From an uncultured archaeon (GTDB lineage Archaea > Asgardarchaeota > Lokiarchaeia > Sigyniarchaeales > SOKP01): a stretch of DNA of 44,663 nucleotides. The position numbers and the translations under genes are program-made. Positions 30,253-39,594 of the stretch are shown piece after piece; position 1 is the first letter of the stretch; each line of letters opens with the position of its first letter. The stretch is from positions 1 to 44,663 of the forward strand of contig CAYLZE010000035.1 in assembly GCA_964388035.1 (NCBI GenBank). The letters run 5' to 3'. The notes below the pieces were generated by a model. That model ran no database searches and was not told the origin of the DNA. It was given only the letters and a program-made list of their open reading frames with translations.

Positions 30253-31473
30253 ATGACAGAACAACAAAAACAAGAAAAAAAAACCAAGAAAAAGCCAACT
30301 AAGAAGAGTCAATCTCAGATTCTTCAAGAATCCTTAGGTTTACCGCCGGAAGCTATCAAATCTATTGAAGAAAAGCTGTTTCTCGCACGATTTACGGATT
30401 ATTTTTCAGAGAATGCCATGGATTTCATTTATAAAGACAAGCAACTTGATGGATATAAGAATGATTTAACCCAGCGCATAAATGCATTAGGAGAACAACG
30501 AGAAGAAGATAAATTAATTAAAAAAAGTTTTGAAAGTAAGCATATTATTGAAACCCTCTATAGGTTAAAGGGAAATGCAGAAGCTTTAGCAAGACAAAAT
30601 CGAATCACTCAACCTTTTGATAAGAAAATGAGAAAGTATAGTTTAGCAACCACGATTCCCATGTTTGGTCTATTAATTATTCTCACTTTTCTAAATACTG
30701 GTAGTAATTTTTATTTCATTCTTTTTCCCCTTCTCTGTGTATTTTGTCTGGTTCCTCAAATAATAAGAGGAAGAATCATGAAGCAATGGTTTCAATTCAA
30801 GGAAGCTCATCAAAATGAGTTCTACACGCAGAATAGGGGAGATTTAATGATCTTAAAGGGATTCACATCCGATGTTCTTGGGAACATCCGCTCTAGCTTG
30901 CTAGAGATGAAAATTCCCCTGCAATTAATCAAATTCGTGTTATATAGTAGAGATTATGAAAACGTGACCATGATCACGCAGAAACGAATCAAAGGGGGAG
31001 GTATCCAGTATTTTTTCCATTTTGAATATCCCGAAGGTATGGAACCTTTTCCCATTCCCGAAGCATTAAAGCAGCAAGCCTTACCAGTAAGAAGCCCAGA
31101 AAAAGCCGAAAAAAACTTCATTGCTCTCACGGAAATGAAAGGTACAGCGGGAGTCATTCAATCCTTTGTTCCCACGTTAAAGGATAATAAGGCGGATAAA
31201 ATCAATGAAATCTTAAATAACTCGGAATTCCGAAAACCTACAAAAACATTCAAGGAAATCATTCCAAACTATTCGGAAAGTTTAGCAATTTACTGTAAAT
31301 GCGGTGAAATTGCAAGAATTGAAGACGTGCATGTTGGAAGCTGGAAGAATCAATTTGATTTTTATTTATTTGAAGCCGAGAGTTGTAATTGTGGCGAAAA
31401 AGTATATGCTCTTTCGCTAATGGATGAGAATGAACGAGTACCGGATGAGTTTAAGGACATTTTTAAGGACTAA
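30253..31473 (+). CDS. Hypothetical protein with a central TM hairpin and C-terminal CxC...CxC
   Basis: 406-aa ORF; two TM helices; YCKCG and SCNCG. Confidence 0.7.
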   Translation: MTEQQKQEKKTKKKPTKKSQSQILQESLGLPPEAIKSIEEKLFLARFTDYFSENAMDFIYKDKQLDGYKNDLTQRINALGEQREEDKLIKKSFESKHIIETLYRLKGNAEALARQNRITQPFDKKMRKYSLATTIPMFGLLIILTFLNTGSNFYFILFPLLCVFCLVPQIIRGRIMKQWFQFKEAHQNEFYTQNRGDLMILKGFTSDVLGNIRSSLLEMKIPLQLIKFVLYSRDYENVTMITQKRIKGGGIQYFFHFEYPEGMEPFPIPEALKQQALPVRSPEKAEKNFIALTEMKGTAGVIQSFVPTLKDNKADKINEILNNSEFRKPTKTFKEIIPNYSESLAIYCKCGEIARIEDVHVGSWKNQFDFYLFEAESCNCGEKVYALSLMDENERVPDEFKDIFKD

Positions 31474-31475
31474 AA

Positions 31476-32834
31476 TTATACCTCTTTATTTCTTTTTATT
31501 TTTGAGTAATAGTCATATAATAATTTGTATCCTCGCACGGCCCTTTCTACTTCATTTTCGAACACGGGAATTTTCAATTCTGAAGCGGTTTTTAGCACTC
31601 TTTTGGAACCTTCTCGTTCTGCTTGAATAAGAATGACTATAATAGGTTTTTTGGGAAAAGTTTGTTGGATTTTTTGGAAGATTCCAAAATCAAATTCAAT
31701 TTCGAGGAAAAATTCCAAAGCCAGAATCAATCCATCCACATTATTATCACTTAATAAGGTATTTGCTGATGTATTATAGATGCCGCATATTTTTACCCCA
31801 ACAAATTTCTCGGGAGGCCAATAATCAACGGGATTACCGTAGGCACAAGTGCTTCCTCCAATTTTATTTAAGATGATTGCTTGCGATTCTTCATTTGGGC
31901 GTGCTATAGATAATCTTTGTTCTCTCATCTCCTTTACTATTAAATAAATTGCCCCAGAAGAAGGACCAATGATGCCTAGCTTTGTACCTTGGGGTTCGGG
32001 ACACCAGAGAAATATCTTAGCAATATCAAAAAGCTCGATATAATTTTTCACAGGAATAGCTCCCAAATCATTTAATGCTTGTTCTCTTTTATCATCCTTC
32101 CCAACATAAAAGTAAAGTACTGGTTTAATTGGGATGATTTTTTCAACCGCATCAATTAAAGTATCTGAAATTTCTCTTAAAAAAAGTGATATTACTTTCG
32201 TGCTATCATCTTCTAAAAGATATTCTAAGAAATCGGACTCATCCACATGAAATCCTTTCCCCACATGGATTACCTTAGAAATAGGTATTCTTTGAGAGGG
32301 CATCCACCAGCCTAAAGCGCCTGCTAAACCTCCTGATTGTGCAATAAAACTCAAGCCCTCTTCAATATCTTTATTTGCTTTCATGATATGTTGTCTTACT
32401 GGTATCATTGAAGTCGTGAAATTATCAATAAAATTAATGATCCCAATCATGGAAGGACCGAGATAAGTAATTCCATGCTGTTCACAGATCTTATTTAATC
32501 TTGAAATGAATTCAGTATCATTTATTCCCGTTTTTAGTTCTGACTGAATGGTGATATATTTAACACCAAATTGACCCAATTCCTCAACTACTTCGAGGAT
32601 ATTACTCCCTAAGACGATAACAGCAAGTTCTGGAATTTCAGGAAGTTCATTAAATGAATGATAAGATTTTAACCCCAATATTTCAGATGCGTTTGGATTG
32701 ACAATGTATAATCTTCCCTTGTAAAAAATTTCTAAGAGATTTTTTACAATGGTAAAACTGAACGTATATGCTTGTCTGGATACCCCTACGATAAGGACGC
32801 TATTAGGATTAAAAAATGGTCGGAGATTTTTCAC
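31476..32834 (-). CDS. CoA-binding protein, ADP-forming acyl-CoA synthetase alpha-subunit homologue
   Basis: FFNPNSVLIVGVS, VNP, LGPSMIG, IAQSGG, GNPVD; phospho-His loop not seen. Confidence 0.8.
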   Translation of the reverse strand: MKNLRPFFNPNSVLIVGVSRQAYTFSFTIVKNLLEIFYKGRLYIVNPNASEILGLKSYHSFNELPEIPELAVIVLGSNILEVVEELGQFGVKYITIQSELKTGINDTEFISRLNKICEQHGITYLGPSMIGIINFIDNFTTSMIPVRQHIMKANKDIEEGLSFIAQSGGLAGALGWWMPSQRIPISKVIHVGKGFHVDESDFLEYLLEDDSTKVISLFLREISDTLIDAVEKIIPIKPVLYFYVGKDDKREQALNDLGAIPVKNYIELFDIAKIFLWCPEPQGTKLGIIGPSSGAIYLIVKEMREQRLSIARPNEESQAIILNKIGGSTCAYGNPVDYWPPEKFVGVKICGIYNTSANTLLSDNNVDGLILALEFFLEIEFDFGIFQKIQQTFPKKPIIVILIQAEREGSKRVLKTASELKIPVFENEVERAVRGYKLLYDYYSKIKRNKEV

Positions 32835-32984
32835 AATTCATTCATGTTGGAAATTAATTCTTACTCTATAAATTTAAAAGAACTTCATCTTTTAAAAGTA
32901 TATTTTTCGAAGAAGAAAATAGAACGTTTCTTCTCTTCTATTTTTAAAGAGAAAAACCCTAAATGAATAATTTGCCACAATTTC

Positions 32985-34052
32985 TTATAAATGATTCATA
33001 ATAAAGGGATAGAGTTTTTCACCATAAAAACGATGCCCATCGGGTTGCACATCCATTAGAAAATTGTTCGGGAATCCACTTTCTGCATAAGCACTCTTAA
33101 TCAAGGGAATTGCAATTTTAGTCCCTTCATACGGAAAGATATTATCTTTTAGACCAATGGTTGCAGCGAGAGGACGAGGGGCTAAAGAAGCATATACATC
33201 ATGTAGTTCAATAAATTTAGCTAAATCCGAGCTGTAGTTGCAACCACAGTGATACATAGCTAATATCGAATGTTTCCACGTTCCAAAGTATCCCGATACT
33301 CCGCAGACTTTTATCCTTGGTTCTAGATAGGTAGAAAATAATGAGAGCGTGCCGCCCCCAGAATGCCCAGTGATGCCAATTCTTTTAGGATCTACTTCCT
33401 TTCTTGTTTCTAAATAATTTAAGAACCCTTTAATTTCTGTAATTCGGAGTCCGAGCATGTCTAATCCTAGAAATCTCAGCCAATTGGATCGTTGACCTTC
33501 GTCTTGCATAAATAGCAAAAATTTATTTCTAAACTTCTCTCTTTCCCCGCTACCTATCCAATCCGGAGATAACGTGATTATTCCCTTTTTGGCTAGTTCA
33601 ATCCCAAAATATTCCTTATTCTTAGATCTTTTTAATCCAACAGAATTCATCATGCTTATATCATGCCCGTGGATGGTTATTATAGCGGGTGCTCGGGCGG
33701 GTAAGTCTTTAGGGATGCATAAAATGGCGGGTGCTCGTAGATTAGGTAAAGTCATGAGAGAGAGCTTAATAAATTGGATTCCTTGAGCTTCAGCTTGTCC
33801 ATGAATTTCAACTTTCTGCTCGTTGAGAGGTAAGGGTGGCAAGACATTTATTTTTCTTGCTATGAGATCTTGAACTTGCTTTTTCCATTCATTAAAGGAC
33901 ATTTCTGATGGTTTCATGGCATAACTCAATTCGGGAGGATGCTCTTGAATCCATTTTTCTACAAATGGTTTTAAGGAAAAGTTGGAATCTTTTCTTTTAA
34001 GGGAAATTCGTCCCAATTTCTTTTTCACGTGGGATAATTTAAAAGACGGCAT
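32985..34052 (-). CDS. Alpha/beta hydrolase (dienelactone hydrolase/acetyl xylan esterase-like)
   Basis: PAIITIHGH, GHSGGG nucleophile elbow, APRP, D.IFP, GH. Confidence 0.88.
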   Translation of the reverse strand: MPSFKLSHVKKKLGRISLKRKDSNFSLKPFVEKWIQEHPPELSYAMKPSEMSFNEWKKQVQDLIARKINVLPPLPLNEQKVEIHGQAEAQGIQFIKLSLMTLPNLRAPAILCIPKDLPARAPAIITIHGHDISMMNSVGLKRSKNKEYFGIELAKKGIITLSPDWIGSGEREKFRNKFLLFMQDEGQRSNWLRFLGLDMLGLRITEIKGFLNYLETRKEVDPKRIGITGHSGGGTLSLFSTYLEPRIKVCGVSGYFGTWKHSILAMYHCGCNYSSDLAKFIELHDVYASLAPRPLAATIGLKDNIFPYEGTKIAIPLIKSAYAESGFPNNFLMDVQPDGHRFYGEKLYPFIMNHL

Positions 34053-34283
34053 GATATATTTTATAAAGGTTGATTAGTAGCATAAAATACCATGTAGATT
34101 AATTAAGCAACCCTAAATAAAGAATTTATTTTAATAAATGAAAAATCGGGCACAATATCCCATTCATTCATTTATATCTATATGAAATCCTGCTACATTT
34201 AAAACCTTATAATATGAAAAGAACAAAATGTTCTTAATAGAATGTAAGATAAATTTAAAGAGATTTAAAAAATTAGACTAACC

Positions 34284-34968
34284 TTACGTTTCAACGGTTT
34301 CAATAGATGGTTTTTCTAAATCAATAGTATAAATGGGGATTTCCTTTCTCTCTGTCGCATCATATAGGGGTAATCCCGATCTCTTTAGGTATTCGGGTTC
34401 CTTATATTTAAGAAGAACTACTTGACAATCACACGGGATTTTCATTTTTGCTACTCTTAGCCTGTCTCTAACGATCGGAAGGCTTTTTAAATACGTTCCT
34501 ATGTCCAATACCACCGATCCCGCCTTAACTCTCGCGCAAACCCCTGAAGGCCTTCCAAACGAGTTTCTCATTCCCGTTTGAACTCTGTCTGCACCTGCAA
34601 ATGCTAACATGCGGTTTTCTCGTATTTTTTGGAAGGGTTTTGAACGTATTCTTAATCGGAAATTTTGGTTTCCTAACTTTTTCTGAAGAATGCTGTTAAT
34701 GGTGACCCGTATTGCCTCTAATGCATTTGATGAGATTTGTACGTTCTTATTAACTTTTAGCCCAACTACTACTTCCCACTCTTCCCAAGGGATATCTTTA
34801 TTTCCTCCCCAGTATCTTGTAATCTTACTCTGAGTACCCCCTCTCGCATATTCACGCTTATGGTTTGCGCTCCTTTTGTGTTGATAGGGGCGTCTTGTCC
34901 ATCTCGCATATTGCCTCAAAAAGAGAGCAAAAATTTGCGTAGCAATGCCATGGACGGCGATGTGCCAT
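34284..34968 (-). CDS. rpl10e: 50S ribosomal protein uL16 (L10e), two exons join(34934..34968, 34284..34902); predicted 217 aa starting MAHRRPWHCYAKWTRRPY
   Basis: QISSNALEAIR, IRENRMLAFAGADRVQTGMRNSFGRP, AKMKIP; the RP..CY N-terminal motif is in a different frame from the body unless 31 nt are removed. Confidence 0.92.
34903..34933 (-). other. Candidate 31-nt bulge-helix-bulge intron in uL16 mRNA
   Basis: mRNA CUA-CGCA-AA^U-UUUUGCUCUC-UUUUU-GAGGCAAUA-UGCG-AG^A-UGG: 4-bp helix CGCA/UGCG, 3-nt bulges AAU and AGA; canonical cuts restore the frame. Confidence 0.8.
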
Positions 34969-35444
34969 ATTCAAGAAACCTCTTAATTTAGTGATAACTT
35001 ATATTATATAATTTATTTAAGATGTGCAGAAAAATAAGTTAAAATTAAAAAATTTTTCCATTTTAATGAATAATTTGAACCATAGCAATTAACAAATTGG
35101 TTTTATTTATTTATATATTCTCTATCATTTATATGATTTTCAAATTTAATTAACTCCTCAATTTTCTTAAAATTTCTTCTTTTCGTAGCATATTAATAAT
35201 AATCAGATATGGAAGCTTATTTCTTATCTGAATACCATTAGCCCATTAATTTCAATAAGAGAAAAATTGTGTAAAAGGTAATATTATAATAGGAATGAAA
35301 AGCTTCATTATGATAAATAATTGATTTTGATTATCTATCTTAATAAAATAATAGATAACATTATAATTTCTAAGAGGTTTCTTTTCTTAGAAGCCAATCG
35401 AATAATTCTTAAATAGTTATGTATAAAAGCTAATATTTATTACC

Positions 35445-36590
35445 ATGAAGAACTCAATCAACCTTCAATCGTTATTAGAAAAAAAGTCAGCCCTGCTTTG
35501 CAAGGGATTATATTTAGATCCCAATCTCATTAATTACTATCGGAAGCAAGGAATTAATTTAGAGTACGGCAGGAAAGGGGGTGCGGGACCACTTGGAGGG
35601 AGGTATTTCTTATTCAAAGACAGCACGTTGGTTAATACCGTTTTATGGGATGCAAGGGAACAATCGAACCTTGTATTAAAAGAAAAAGTGGGCGATTATT
35701 TCCAAGTTGTTGATAATGAAAGTGGGAATACCTTTTGTGAATTAGAACTGGTGGAAAATCCTAATTTTTATGATCTTAAAACAAGTGACGGAATTGAGAT
35801 GAAAAAAATAGCTCTTGTTCATGGTGTTGATTGTTTGGCGACGACCGTTTATCAAAAGTGCATATATTGGGCTTGTGGAGAAGCTTGTAAATTTTGCGGG
35901 ATTCAGCTTTCGCTTGATTATGATACAACTATTGAGGAAAAGATGCCCAACCAATTATCCGAGGTAATGAATGCGGCAATCAAGGAAAACAGATGTTCTC
36001 ACATGACGTTAACTAGCGGAACGACTGCAGAAAAAGGAAAAGGAGTTTTTAGATACCTGGAAATTCTTAAGAAATTGAAGAAAGATCATCCTAACATACC
36101 CCTTCATGTTCAAATTGAACCCTTAAAAAATTTAACTTACTTGGATGAATTAAAACATGCAGGTGCTGACACGATTGGAATCCATGTTGAAATTTTAGAT
36201 GAAACGATGAGAAAAGAGTTTACACCAGGAAAGGCACGCATTCCTTTCGAAAGGTTTGAAACCAATTGGAAACATGCAGTGGAGGTTTTTGGTAAGAACC
36301 AGGTTGAAACCTTCATTCTAGCAGGATTCGATGCTCTAAGCGATGCGTTTATTTCTAAATTAGAACACATTATTTCACTGGGCGTGATTCCTTTTATCAC
36401 CCCCCTGCGGCCGGTTCCATCGCAAGAGTCAATCATTCCACCCATAAATAAAGAAACTCTATTAAAGAGCTATCAAATTGCGGGAAAATTATTACGAAAA
36501 TATAACGTTAATCCCTTAGAACATAAAGCGGGTTGCGTGAGATGCGGAGGATGCTCAGCCATAAAAGAGGCGTATAAAGCTGCAATTTAG
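35445..36590 (+). CDS. Radical SAM protein (MSMEG_0568-like)
   Basis: ALVHGVDCLATTVYQKCIYW..GEACKFCGI (extended Cys motif); C-terminal AGCVRCGGCS. Confidence 0.85.
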   Translation: MKNSINLQSLLEKKSALLCKGLYLDPNLINYYRKQGINLEYGRKGGAGPLGGRYFLFKDSTLVNTVLWDAREQSNLVLKEKVGDYFQVVDNESGNTFCELELVENPNFYDLKTSDGIEMKKIALVHGVDCLATTVYQKCIYWACGEACKFCGIQLSLDYDTTIEEKMPNQLSEVMNAAIKENRCSHMTLTSGTTAEKGKGVFRYLEILKKLKKDHPNIPLHVQIEPLKNLTYLDELKHAGADTIGIHVEILDETMRKEFTPGKARIPFERFETNWKHAVEVFGKNQVETFILAGFDALSDAFISKLEHIISLGVIPFITPLRPVPSQESIIPPINKETLLKSYQIAGKLLRKYNVNPLEHKAGCVRCGGCSAIKEAYKAAI

Positions 36591-36746
36591 CATCCTTGTT
36601 TAAGATTGCTCGTGCATGTCTTAACGCCTTAACTTTTATCAAAATATAAATTGAGTTATTCCTTCTACTGAAAGAAAGGGCATGGAAAATTTTGGAATTA
36701 TAACTTTTTGTTCAATAACTGATTGCAAATGCCTTAATTGATGAGG

Positions 36747-37691
36747 TTAAGAGGTCAGCGATCCATATCCTTGATGAAAATTAATGATTTCTTGGGTTTT
36801 TAAAGAAAAATCAAATTGATTATATAATGTTCTCTTATTTATCATGGTTTCTAAGAAAAAAAATTGGATTGATAGAACCCTATCATTTCTGAGAAAGAGG
36901 GGGAAGAGAGTCCATTTAGAAAAGTAATAATCCTTATTTACTATTGCTTTTCCTATTTCAAAGAGCTTCTTTTCTTTAGGAGTTAATGAGGTAGTATAGT
37001 TGATTATCTTTTTACTTTTAGAAAAATGAGACTTTTTTATTATGACACTGGAAATTCCATTATCCGATATGGTTTGTTCAAAAATATAATACATGAAGGG
37101 GAGAACGCCTGGAAAATATTTTTGATTAGGATTAAGACGAGTTGATATTCCTATTTTAGTGGTAATTCGATAAAGGTAATATACAATAAAAAAAGTGGCA
37201 TAAAATGTATTGAAGGCTCTTACAATGAGAGGAGTTGATGAATAAAAAAATAATAGAAAATATACGATGAGATATATCATGGAATTAATCATGGTAAACA
37301 TGCTTCCCGCTTTTTCAACATAAAAACTTCTTTCTCTTTTGGAAAGAGGATATAAAAAAGGAATTTTCGTGGTAGTAAGCAAGTCCATGCTCACATGAAG
37401 GCTATAGAAAATTATGGCAACCATCCAACTGATGAAAAAAGGATGATGGGTTAAAATAGAAAATATTCCACCTCCGATAAGAGACGCAATTATTCCTATC
37501 ACGAATGAGTGAGATCCACCCCGATGTTCAAGATAGTTTGACTTGAATTTTCTCCTCAAGGGGAATAAAAATATATCCAAATCCGGAAGGACAGAAAAAA
37601 AAATCGCAAGAAATAAGTAATCAAACGTGACATCCCTCATGAAAATCGTATATAGGAGCGCTCCAAAAACCAAATGAGTTAAGAAATCCAT
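36747..37691 (-). CDS. Membrane-bound metal-dependent hydrolase (YdjM-like)
   Basis: MDFLTH, LPDLD, HRGGSHS, HVSMD. Confidence 0.85.
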   Translation of the reverse strand: MDFLTHLVFGALLYTIFMRDVTFDYLFLAIFFSVLPDLDIFLFPLRRKFKSNYLEHRGGSHSFVIGIIASLIGGGIFSILTHHPFFISWMVAIIFYSLHVSMDLLTTTKIPFLYPLSKRERSFYVEKAGSMFTMINSMIYLIVYFLLFFYSSTPLIVRAFNTFYATFFIVYYLYRITTKIGISTRLNPNQKYFPGVLPFMYYIFEQTISDNGISSVIIKKSHFSKSKKIINYTTSLTPKEKKLFEIGKAIVNKDYYFSKWTLFPLFLRNDRVLSIQFFFLETMINKRTLYNQFDFSLKTQEIINFHQGYGSLTS

Positions 37692-38071
37692 TATCTGGTT
37701 ATAATATTTTTAATTCATTAATGATATCAATAAAATCATGGAAACTTCAAGAAGTTTGTGTGTATAAATTAATAAGTGTTTCCATCAAAATGTTATAATT
37801 TTATTAGAAACGAGTATATATAATTACACTTGTAATAATCCATAAAAGGGATTGAGCTTTTAATATGGTGCTAAATTCAAATTACTAGAAAATCATCGTG
37901 TAACTACGATATAATTAATCATTTTTTTTCTTAGATGATATTTGCAGCCAATTGTATTAATTGGTCTATCTGTTTTAAAAAATCTTTAAAAAGAATAATT
38001 CTATCTTTTACTTGAGAAATTTATTATAACATTACGTTATTTAATGGATTACGAATTTTAAAGATAGGTTC

Positions 38072-39421
38072 ATGAAGAACATGAATATTCTATTTATCCT
38101 TTCGGATCAACAGAGATTTGATACTTGTGGTTGTTATGGACAGAATTTGGATGTCACTCCCAATCTTGATAAATTAGCGAGCAAGGGCGTGCTATTTTCC
38201 AATGCTTTTACGTGTCAGCCAGTTTGCGGTCCCGCGCGGTCTTGCATTCAAACCGGGCGCTATGCCACTGAAACAGGGTGTTACATAAATGGAATGGCAT
38301 TACCCTCCGAATACCGCACCATCGCTCATTATTTCTCAGAAAAGAAATATGATGTGGGATATATTGGTAAGTGGCACCTTGCTAGCACTATATTTCGTTC
38401 TAAAGACATATCTCGAGAAAAAGCAGATTATACAATTCTCCCCATTCCTCCAGAACGTAGAGGGGGTTATAAGGATTTTTGGCTTGCTTCCGATCTACTG
38501 GAATTTACCTCTCATTCTAATAAAGGGCATTTATTTGACGCGGACATGAATAAGGTGGAGTTTGAAGGATATCGGGTGGATTGCTTGACGGATTTTGCTT
38601 TGCAATTTTTACATCAAAGGAGCCAGAGTAAACCCCTCTTTTTATTCATCTCATATCTCGAACCGCATCAACAAAATGATCATGATCAATTTGAGGGTCC
38701 TCCTGGAAGTAAGGAAAGATTTCGGAATTATAAAGTCCCCGAAGATTTGGTGGGGCTAGAGGGTGATTGGGAAGAACAGTTTCCGGATTATTTAGGATCT
38801 TGTAATAGCATCGATCAGAATGTAGGAAGGCTCCATGATACTTTAGGAGAATTAGGAATGTTGGACAATACAATCATATTCTACACGAGTGATCATGCAT
38901 GTCATTTTAAGACCAGAAATTGGGAATATAAACGATCTTGCCACGATTCTTCCATCCACGTCCCATTGATTATTGCAGGTCCGGGATTTCAAGGAGGGAA
39001 AAAGATAACCGAGTTGGCAAGTCTGATTGATATTGCTCCCACGTTATTAAAAGCCGGAAAGATTAAGATTCCTACTTACATGAAAGGCATGCCCCTGCAG
39101 GATTTATTAAATGGCGGAAAAACGGAGTGGAGGAAGGAAGTTTTCGTTCAAATCAGTGAAACTCAAGTAGGAAGGTCTATTCGAACGAAAAAATGGAAAT
39201 ATTCCGTTAAAGCTCCTAATAAAAATGGGTTTCGCTATTCAAGAAGCAATCTCTACGAGGAAGATTTTCTATATGATTTAGAATCGGATTCTCATGAAAG
39301 AAATAATTTAGTTTCCGATCCTGACTATACTTCTACGAGAGAAATGTTGAAAGAGCTTCTCTTGAAGCAAATGGCACGAGCGGGAGAGACCATTCCTAAA
39401 ATAATTCCTAAATCGAGTTGA
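38072..39421 (+). CDS. Sulfatase (formylglycine-dependent)
   Basis: ILFILSDQQR, CGPARS, GKWHL, SDH motifs. Confidence 0.93.
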   Translation: MKNMNILFILSDQQRFDTCGCYGQNLDVTPNLDKLASKGVLFSNAFTCQPVCGPARSCIQTGRYATETGCYINGMALPSEYRTIAHYFSEKKYDVGYIGKWHLASTIFRSKDISREKADYTILPIPPERRGGYKDFWLASDLLEFTSHSNKGHLFDADMNKVEFEGYRVDCLTDFALQFLHQRSQSKPLFLFISYLEPHQQNDHDQFEGPPGSKERFRNYKVPEDLVGLEGDWEEQFPDYLGSCNSIDQNVGRLHDTLGELGMLDNTIIFYTSDHACHFKTRNWEYKRSCHDSSIHVPLIIAGPGFQGGKKITELASLIDIAPTLLKAGKIKIPTYMKGMPLQDLLNGGKTEWRKEVFVQISETQVGRSIRTKKWKYSVKAPNKNGFRYSRSNLYEEDFLYDLESDSHERNNLVSDPDYTSTREMLKELLLKQMARAGETIPKIIPKSS

Positions 39422-39594
39422 CCATTATTATTGCTAGAATTCTTATTTTAAACCTCCCTTTTCTTAAAGATAATTTTCTTTCGAAGGTATTTGCCAAAAG
39501 AAGCCAGATTTTTGTTAGATTATAAATATTAGAAAAAAATTAATATAATTAAATCATTTTTTAACTTGTAATTAATTCAGGGAAGTGCTTATTA

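Noticed and set aside
34917-34919. TTG start for uL16 given by the ORF track
   Set aside because: It lies inside the predicted intron and would discard the conserved RP..CY N-terminus encoded from ATG 34968
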